DNA of 64,000 nucleotides from a virus, in IMG/VR virus record IMGVR_UViG_3300027747_004417; one strand, given 5' to 3'. Positions within the stretch are counted from its first letter, which is position 1. Every line of letters starts with the position of its first letter. The notes below the pieces were generated by a model. It ran no database searches. It was not told where the DNA came from and saw only the letters and a program-made list of their open reading frames with translations. Both the position numbers and the translations under genes were made by a program. This document shows, one piece after another, positions 57,953 to 64,000 of this stretch.

Positions 57953-58555
57953 TTGTTAAGTTCAAGTAATAAAATATTTGTTATTGGTTTTCCAAAATGT
58001 GGAACAACTTCATTGCAAGAATCTTTTTTGCGTGTTGGGATGCCATCTATTCATTGGGGTAATTCTATTGATAACACCCATGTTTTCCTCGCAGCACATA
58101 AAATAGAAACCGCTAAGAAGGAAGGATTGCCACTTCTGACTTATTTAAGTGACTACAAAGCTTTTACTCAAATGGAAGCTTGCATCTATGAATATTGTTA
58201 TTGGCCTCAAATGCTGGACACTCCCGCATTAGATAGTCAACACCCAAATAGCAAGTTTATATTTAACGACAGAAATACTGAAAAGTGGATAAAATCTGTT
58301 AGTAGATGGGTCGTTCATGGTCAAAACTTAAGGGAAAGATTCATTAAATTCGACATTCCTGGACTACCTAAGGGCAAGGGAAAAGAAGATAAAGAACTTG
58401 AAGATTGGTATCTCTGGCATAAAAACAACATGATTGATTATTTTAAGAACAAGGATAACTTTATCGTTTTTAATATTGAAAATGATGATCCTAAAAAATT
58501 AGGAGAATTCCTTCAAATTGAAAATTTCTCTTTGCCACACTTAAACAGGAGTTGA
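57953..58555 (+). CDS. P-loop sulfotransferase family protein
   Basis: KIFVIGFPKCGTTSL, SKFIFNDR..WIKSV, and WY..H...I.YF..K motifs. Confidence 0.85.
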   Translation: MLSSSNKIFVIGFPKCGTTSLQESFLRVGMPSIHWGNSIDNTHVFLAAHKIETAKKEGLPLLTYLSDYKAFTQMEACIYEYCYWPQMLDTPALDSQHPNSKFIFNDRNTEKWIKSVSRWVVHGQNLRERFIKFDIPGLPKGKGKEDKELEDWYLWHKNNMIDYFKNKDNFIVFNIENDDPKKLGEFLQIENFSLPHLNRS

Positions 58556-58556
58556 A

Positions 58557-58793
58557 ATGCCGTCTAAAAGTAAAAGCCAACAAAGATTGTTTGGTATGGT
58601 TCACGCCTGCCAGAATAAGGGTAAGTGTGCTAGCAAAGAAATAAAGAAGATAGCAAAAAGTATATCAAAGGAAGATGCTAAAGACTTCGCTAAAACAAAG
58701 CACGAAGGATTGCCGAACAAAGTAAAAAAGAAAAAGAAAAATAAAAAGATGTCCTTTAAAGAATACGTTGAGTTGAGAGAAGGCACAAAATGA
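58557..58793 (+). CDS. Small basic phage protein (MPxKSKxQQR type)
   Basis: MPSKSKSQQRLFGMVHA..DFAKTKHEGLP; GGAG RBS. Confidence 0.7.
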   Translation: MPSKSKSQQRLFGMVHACQNKGKCASKEIKKIAKSISKEDAKDFAKTKHEGLPNKVKKKKKNKKMSFKEYVELREGTK

Positions 58794-58942
58794 ACTCCTT
58801 TATTAAATGGTTAGAACAAAAACATCCGGAACTTTTCTCTGCTATAGAAATTATAAAAGAACCAAAAAGAAAAAAGTCTAACATTAAGCACGATGGATGG
58901 AAGATAGTAAAAGACCACAAAGAGGCTGACAATGCAGTTTAA
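58790..58942 (+). CDS. Small protein with CTS-like start (50 aa), not in ORF track
   Basis: ATGA overlap with the upstream stop; MNSFIKWLEQKHPELFSAIEIIKEPKRKKSNIKHDGWKIVKDHKEADNAV. Confidence 0.65.
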   Translation: MNSFIKWLEQKHPELFSAIEIIKEPKRKKSNIKHDGWKIVKDHKEADNAV

Positions 58943-60506
58943 AGATTGGATTCTAAATGAGGAAATATTTCCCAATAAAACTGCTACGGTGTTTCATAGA
59001 ACTAAAGATATAAACTATGTTGAAAGAATTTTTCGTTCTGGTTTTAAACCAGGTGGTGGGGCAATGTATGGTCCGGGTTTGTATACAACATTTGACCTAC
59101 GCAGTCAGTTTAAACCTCAAATGAGTCTATATGGTGAGTTTGTTATAAAATTTAAGGCAACTAATTTAGACAAGTACTTAATTACTTCTTTTAACGTTGC
59201 TAAATATGTGTTTGGAAGAAACTATAAAATAAGTGACCAGTTTAAATCTTTTGGTTGGAGTCAAACAATAAGACCTAAAAGCATGGACGTTGAAACCTAT
59301 GGTACTGGGTTTGAAGAATATGACCTTTTACAAAAAAGTAGCACATACAGCAGCGATCTGGCTTTTAAAATATATGAAGAAAATAGATGGATAGCACATA
59401 GTTTAACAGGCTTGATATACAACGGAAGACAAGACGGCTATTGTTTAGTTAAGTATGAACCTATTAATGACGGTTTAGTTATGGTGGGATACGCTCAAGC
59501 TCCTGTTAATGATCAAAATAAGCTACAAGAACTAGAAGCTAATGAGGGATGGATTACTTCCAATAGATCCGGAAAGATAAAGCACATGTACAGCAAGGCT
59601 GACCTTTGGAACTCAGGAAGAAACACCATAGATTCTACAAAGGCATTTAGGCTGTCCAGAAACAGCTTCCAAGAAAAGCTAGAGGACATTCTAGAAGACT
59701 CTAAAGGCTCTGTAAAACAAGATAAAGAAGGCGTTCACTTGAAGAGGCTACAGTGGCTTTTGATTAAAGAAGAAGTCGATGAAGAAAAATTAATTTATAT
59801 TATAAGAAGGTATCCTAATAAAGATATTGTTAAAACCACTGTCTTAACCCTTGCCAAAAATAAACCAAATTTGATAACTAAAAAGCTTGTAGAAAATTTA
59901 GATCACTCAGCTTATGATACTTATGGATTATATTCTATCATTATAGACCTTAATAGCCTTCTTAAGGAAGATGTTATTGAATCGATGATATCAGCGGCTA
60001 ATAATTTCGGAAAAAATAAAAAGCCTTTTCTCAAATCCTTAGCAGAAAAACAACCAAGGCTATCACATAAAAATGTACTCTTTTTAATAAAGTGTTATGG
60101 AGTCTTTGGCGGAGGGAACTACGATTCAGCGGTAGACATAATAAATTTTATGGGCGAATTAGGATATTTTTCCTCTTTAACGTTTAAGATAATTGATTAT
60201 GTCTTTGATGATATTGTTAGCGATTTAACATCTTCTTTTAGCTTCAAAAAGACAACAGGCAGACCCGATGACTTTGGTATTATTCAAATAGTTAAAGCTT
60301 TTGCATCTCATAAATCTATGAGTTTGACCGAGCTTTCCACCCTAATCAGATCGGCTTATAACCTACTTTATTCACAAGATGAAAGAAGTGAACAGAGTCT
60401 TAGAAAATTTACTATAAAGGTTGCTAAAAACTTAGAAGGCAATGAGACCTATAGTAGTTTTATTAGCAAGGTTTTGAGCCCAAGAGGTCTTGAGGCGGTT
60501 TCATAA
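58932..60506 (+). CDS. ADP-ribosyltransferase-fold (PARP/ART-like) N-terminal domain plus helical C-terminal region; CTS-like start
   Basis: TVFHRT..SGFKPGGGAMYGPGLYTT..LYGEFVIK; starts MQFKDWILNE. Confidence 0.65.
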   Translation: MQFKDWILNEEIFPNKTATVFHRTKDINYVERIFRSGFKPGGGAMYGPGLYTTFDLRSQFKPQMSLYGEFVIKFKATNLDKYLITSFNVAKYVFGRNYKISDQFKSFGWSQTIRPKSMDVETYGTGFEEYDLLQKSSTYSSDLAFKIYEENRWIAHSLTGLIYNGRQDGYCLVKYEPINDGLVMVGYAQAPVNDQNKLQELEANEGWITSNRSGKIKHMYSKADLWNSGRNTIDSTKAFRLSRNSFQEKLEDILEDSKGSVKQDKEGVHLKRLQWLLIKEEVDEEKLIYIIRRYPNKDIVKTTVLTLAKNKPNLITKKLVENLDHSAYDTYGLYSIIIDLNSLLKEDVIESMISAANNFGKNKKPFLKSLAEKQPRLSHKNVLFLIKCYGVFGGGNYDSAVDIINFMGELGYFSSLTFKIIDYVFDDIVSDLTSSFSFKKTTGRPDDFGIIQIVKAFASHKSMSLTELSTLIRSAYNLLYSQDERSEQSLRKFTIKVAKNLEGNETYSSFISKVLSPRGLEAVS

Positions 60507-60532
60507 ACTTTAAAAAAGATCAATAAAATACA

Positions 60533-60727
60533 ATGAACTTTAAAAAATGGCTGAATTTAACTGAAGTTGGCACTATGGCGTCCGGCCCAACAGGCGGCGG
60601 GGGCGATATAGCTCCATTTAAGGCGCCTATGGGATGGGGAGTTATAAGAAGAAACTGGCCTGCTATTGATCCCTTTTTCACTCAAAAAAGCAAGAAAAAA
60701 AGGTCTAGAGGGGTTGAAAAGAGTTAA
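60533..60727 (+). CDS. Small protein with CTS-like start and basic tail (64 aa)
   Basis: MNFKKWLNLTE..GGGGDIAPF..RRNWP..KSKKKRSR. Confidence 0.7.
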   Translation: MNFKKWLNLTEVGTMASGPTGGGGDIAPFKAPMGWGVIRRNWPAIDPFFTQKSKKKRSRGVEKS

Positions 60728-60732
60728 TTATA

Positions 60733-60760
60733 TTGACCCACAACTCATTTTAAGTATAAT
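60733..60760 (+). promoter_or_regulatory. sigma70-like promoter
   Basis: TTGACC-N16-TATAAT upstream of 60790. Confidence 0.65.
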
Positions 60761-60789
60761 GATTTTATGACTCTAACATAAAACATTAT

Positions 60790-61428
60790 ATGATTTTTAG
60801 ACCACCAATTAAAGATTATTTTTTCAATCATAAGGCATTAGAAAATAACGGTTTAAGCTGGAAGATGCTTCATGATGGCATCAATTATACCTATAAAACG
60901 TTAGATAAAATAGAAAGTTCATTGCTTGAAGAAGGAGCTCCAAGGCTATCAAGGATGGGAGAGCTAGCTACTCTTTCATCAATAATAGGAAATTTTTTCG
61001 CAACAGGAATTATCAAAAGCTCTAAGGGAGCCTTTGATCGAGCAGGCTCGAATAAATACCAAGATTTACGATCAAAAAAGTATCGCAACGTAGAAATCAA
61101 AATGTCTATAGAGAAAAACAAACCCAAAGCTCATCTTCCAAAAGAGGGTTTTTATCTCACATGTCGCTATGTGCTAGGCAATGAGGATGGGACTTACACC
61201 CTTAATAAAAGGGGAGATTTTATATGGATCTGGGAAATAAGATTTGGCTATCTGCGTAAAGAACACTTTAATCTGAGTTCAACTGAGAATGACTCTGGCA
61301 AGACTGCTGTTGTAAACTCTGTGGGAATGAAGAGATTAGTCCCTGTTTTCTTTAATCAAAATCATTGTCCTTATGGTGAAAAAAGTAAACTAAGAAAAAG
61401 CTTGTCTGTTATATGCAATACTAAATAA
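60790..61428 (+). CDS. PD-(D/E)xK restriction-endonuclease-like protein
   Basis: KYQDL..NVEIKMS resembles PD..ExK. Confidence 0.45.
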   Translation: MIFRPPIKDYFFNHKALENNGLSWKMLHDGINYTYKTLDKIESSLLEEGAPRLSRMGELATLSSIIGNFFATGIIKSSKGAFDRAGSNKYQDLRSKKYRNVEIKMSIEKNKPKAHLPKEGFYLTCRYVLGNEDGTYTLNKRGDFIWIWEIRFGYLRKEHFNLSSTENDSGKTAVVNSVGMKRLVPVFFNQNHCPYGEKSKLRKSLSVICNTK

Positions 61429-61432
61429 GTGC

Positions 61433-61528
61433 ATGGAAGTAAAAATATTAAGTGAGACACCGCTCAGGATGGCCGGAGCAGGTGGGCCTCCAAGAATAAC
61501 CCTAATAAAAATAGCGTCTAGTGGCTAA
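61433..61528 (+). CDS. Possible 31-aa peptide
   Basis: CTAAATA 5 nt upstream; MEVKILSETPLRMAGAGGPPRITLIKIASSG. Confidence 0.3.
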   Translation: MEVKILSETPLRMAGAGGPPRITLIKIASSG

Positions 61529-61536
61529 ATAGGGTT

Positions 61537-61920
61537 ATGAGGTCTTTTAACGAATATAAGGGAAACCAAGGCGTAGCTGCACTCTTTGGCAGCTTAATAA
61601 GCTATAGAGCTCAGGCTCATATTCTGCACCTATCAACAAAGAGCTTTTCTGAACACAAGGCACTAGAAAAGTTCTATGATTCCCTTAGTGACCTAACAGA
61701 TACCCTTATAGAGACCTACCAAGGACAATACGGTTTGGTAAATATAGACCAAGTACAAATTAAGTCCAATCAAGCATCGGACTTGTTAAAAAAGGTCGCC
61801 CAAGAAGCACAGGAAGCTCGTGATATCTTTGATAAAAAAGATACTCATTTACATAACATTCTGGATGAGTTAGTGTCTTTGACATACTCAACATTGTATA
61901 AAGTAAACAACCTAAAATAA
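61537..61920 (+). CDS. Ferritin/Dps-like four-helix bundle protein, CTS-like start
   Basis: AHILHL..SFSEHKALEKFYDSL..TDTLIETYQGQYG..NILDE; starts MRSFNEY. Confidence 0.7.
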   Translation: MRSFNEYKGNQGVAALFGSLISYRAQAHILHLSTKSFSEHKALEKFYDSLSDLTDTLIETYQGQYGLVNIDQVQIKSNQASDLLKKVAQEAQEARDIFDKKDTHLHNILDELVSLTYSTLYKVNNLK

Positions 61921-61941
61921 CTTCGGAAGGCTCGTATCTAA

Positions 61942-64000
61942 ATGAAAATAAGGTCTTTAGCTGAAAATCAAGTTCGGGTCGCCATGCAAAATGGCTCACC
62001 CAGGATGCAACAAGGAGGTAAGTCAAAGGACCCCGGTGGTAATGCACCTTGTGGTTCAAAAAACGGAGAGCCTATACCAGTCGAAGACTTTACAACAACA
62101 AACGAATACGTAGACAAGTTCGATCCCGCTAGCGGATGGGCGGGGGAGGTCACAAATGGAAACGGTACAAAAGTTCCAGTGACGCCGCTTCCAGTGACTC
62201 CAAAAGATATAAATGACTGGATCCAACAGCAAATAGCAAACTACTTCACAGTACAAGGTCAAACACCTCCAACGCAAATACCAAACCCTAGGTTTCCTAT
62301 AAGGTTTGTTAATGGAGCCTGGCAGGGCCAGAGCCCTCAGATGAGCCAGTTTTTAACTGCTCTTTTTAATGCCTTTGGTTTAAATCCTCAACAATATCCC
62401 AACGGAATGAACCAGACCCAGTGGGATAATTACACAAATGGCGTTAAGACAATTGTTGAGAATAATTACAAGGAACAGTATTGCAAAGAGTGGCTTGCTG
62501 AAATGAATAAAATCGTAGCAAGGGACAAAAAGCATTGCGGCAAATTAGGGTACGCAGTCGTTAAATCCGACACAAAATACTACAGCAGCGTGTGTGGATG
62601 GTGTCGAGATAAACAAGATGTAATATGTAATAAATGTAACAGTCCATCTGACTGCGTAGAAGTTGGTTCGTCACTTTCTTCCGAATGCTATGATTGTAAA
62701 AAAACTGAAGATTATTACATAAGGAGATGTCTTGTTAAAGACCCCCTCCCAGAAAATTGTGTTACGCCAACTCCTACAGTAACAGTCACAGTGACTACGA
62801 CACAAAGGCCCCGATTTTGCTCTGATATTGGAGCTTCCTGTCAAGACCTGGGATACGAAGCAAACTGTTCATGTAAAAATAGTCAAGGGCAACCGTGCGG
62901 TGAAGGAGACGCTGCTTGTGAGTGTAAGTGTGAATGCGACTGCTCAATTATAGACCAAACGGGCGGGGTAGGAACTGGTTTGGATGCAAGCTGCAGAACT
63001 GAGTGTTGTTGCGATAAACCCGGAGAAGTCAACCAATATAAGAACACCAGGTTCTGTACAGGTGGGGCTGGTTTTATGGGAATCCTCTCGCTCGATTACG
63101 AGTGTGGTGTTACACCAACTCCAACGGTTACCCCAACAGAAACGCCAACGGTCACGCCGACTGAGACTCTAACTCAGACCCCAACTCTCACACCAACAGA
63201 AACACCAACAGAAACACCAACAGAAACACCAACAGAAACACCAACAGAAACACCAACAGAAACACCAACAGAAACACCAACAGAAACACCAACATACACT
63301 CCTACATACACTCCTACAGAAACACCAACAGTAACTCCTACAGAAACACCAACAGTAACTCCTACAGAAACACCAACAGTAACTCCTACAGAAACACCAA
63401 CAGTAACTCCTACAGAAACACCGACTGAAACACCAACAGAAACACCAACAGAAACACCAACAGAAACACCAACAGAAACACCAACAACAACACCAACAAC
63501 AACACCAACAACAACACCAACAGAAACACCAACAGAAACACCAACAACAACACCAACAACAACACCAACAGAAACACCAACAGAAACACCAACAGAAACA
63601 CCAACAGAAACACCAACAGAAACACCAACAGAAACACCAACGGTCACGCCGACTGAGACTCTAACTCAGACCCCAACTCTCACGCTCACAGAAACACCAA
63701 CAGAAACACCAACAGAAACTCCAACAACAACTCCTACAGAAACTCCTACAGAAACTCCTACAGAGACACCAACAACAACAACACCAACAACAACACCAAC
63801 AACAACACCAACAACAACAACAACAACAACACCAACAACAACACCAACAACAACAACACCAACAACAACACCAACAACAACAACACCAACAACAACACCA
63901 ACAACAACACCAACAACAACACCACCAACAACACCAACAACAACACCAACAACAACACCAACAACAACACCAACAACAACACCAACAAAAACACCAACAA
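61942..64000 (+). CDS. Cys-rich plus Thr/Pro mucin-like protein, at least 686 aa, runs off the right edge (not in ORF track)
   Basis: Manual translation from ATG 61942 (MKIRSLAE..) with no stop to the window end; 28 Cys in the first ~390 aa, then TPTE/TPTT repeats. Confidence 0.85.
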   Translation, partial: MKIRSLAENQVRVAMQNGSPRMQQGGKSKDPGGNAPCGSKNGEPIPVEDFTTTNEYVDKFDPASGWAGEVTNGNGTKVPVTPLPVTPKDINDWIQQQIANYFTVQGQTPPTQIPNPRFPIRFVNGAWQGQSPQMSQFLTALFNAFGLNPQQYPNGMNQTQWDNYTNGVKTIVENNYKEQYCKEWLAEMNKIVARDKKHCGKLGYAVVKSDTKYYSSVCGWCRDKQDVICNKCNSPSDCVEVGSSLSSECYDCKKTEDYYIRRCLVKDPLPENCVTPTPTVTVTVTTTQRPRFCSDIGASCQDLGYEANCSCKNSQGQPCGEGDAACECKCECDCSIIDQTGGVGTGLDASCRTECCCDKPGEVNQYKNTRFCTGGAGFMGILSLDYECGVTPTPTVTPTETPTVTPTETLTQTPTLTPTETPTETPTETPTETPTETPTETPTETPTETPTYTPTYTPTETPTVTPTETPTVTPTETPTVTPTETPTVTPTETPTETPTETPTETPTETPTETPTTTPTTTPTTTPTETPTETPTTTPTTTPTETPTETPTETPTETPTETPTETPTVTPTETLTQTPTLTLTETPTETPTETPTTTPTETPTETPTETPTTTTPTTTPTTTPTTTTTTTPTTTPTTTTPTTTPTTTTPTTTPTTTPTTTPPTTPTTTPTTTPTTTPTTTPTKTPT
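63112..64000 (+). repeat. Low-complexity coding repeat: acagaaacacca (TETP), acaacaacacca (TTTP), TETPTVTP units; 47-bp segment duplicated at 63145 and 63637
   Basis: Directly visible. Confidence 0.97.

Noticed and set aside
63174-64000. Minus-strand Val/Gly and Leu/Val ORFs
   Set aside because: Reverse frames of the Thr/Pro repeat; the real gene is the plus-strand ORF from 61942.
1-64000. Stop-codon reassignment, tRNA/rRNA genes, introns, inteins or DGR
   Set aside because: Genes read intact in code 11; intergenic gaps are short with no cloverleaf-like sequence; no reverse transcriptase, intein or homing motifs seen by eye.
1-64000. Specific host assignment
   Set aside because: sigma70-type promoters and SD sites indicate a bacterial host, but nothing in the sequence identifies the taxon without database comparison.

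Overview
AT-rich, densely coding fragment of a large T4-like contractile-tailed (myovirus-type) phage genome, read with the standard bacterial code. About 1-37.4 kb is an almost entirely minus-strand morphogenesis block: a partial actin-like ATPase, three PKD-containing virion proteins sharing an N-terminal HHN module (one with ~40 DPLTFP repeats), baseplate wedge/gp6/gp25/spike/hub/LysM-gp53/tube-initiator genes, a 4741-aa tape-measure-like protein and a T4 gp2-like DNA end protector. About 37.5-64 kb is a mixed-strand accessory region: P-loop kinase, degenerate CCA-type nucleotidyltransferase, HExxH peptidase, patatin, several glycosyltransferases, two sulfotransferases, PRTase, signal-peptide trypsin-like and caspase-like proteases, iron-sulfur flavoprotein, amidinotransferase, MscL, Pmp3, ADP-ribosyltransferase-like protein, restriction-nuclease-like protein, ferritin-like protein, and a Cys-rich/Thr-Pro mucin-like ORF running off the right end (missed by the ORF track). 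Main findings: (1) at least 12 unrelated proteins share an N-terminal M-x(1-3)-F-x-x-[WFY]-[LIV]..E tag resembling the T4 capsid-targeting sequence, suggesting a packaged enzyme cargo; (2) a putative virion glycosylation/sulfation system, with a sulfotransferase under a T4-style hairpin plus late-promoter translational switch; (3) a recurrent TANATA motif 3-7 nt upstream of SD-less start codons. All family assignments come from motif reading only; no database searches were run.
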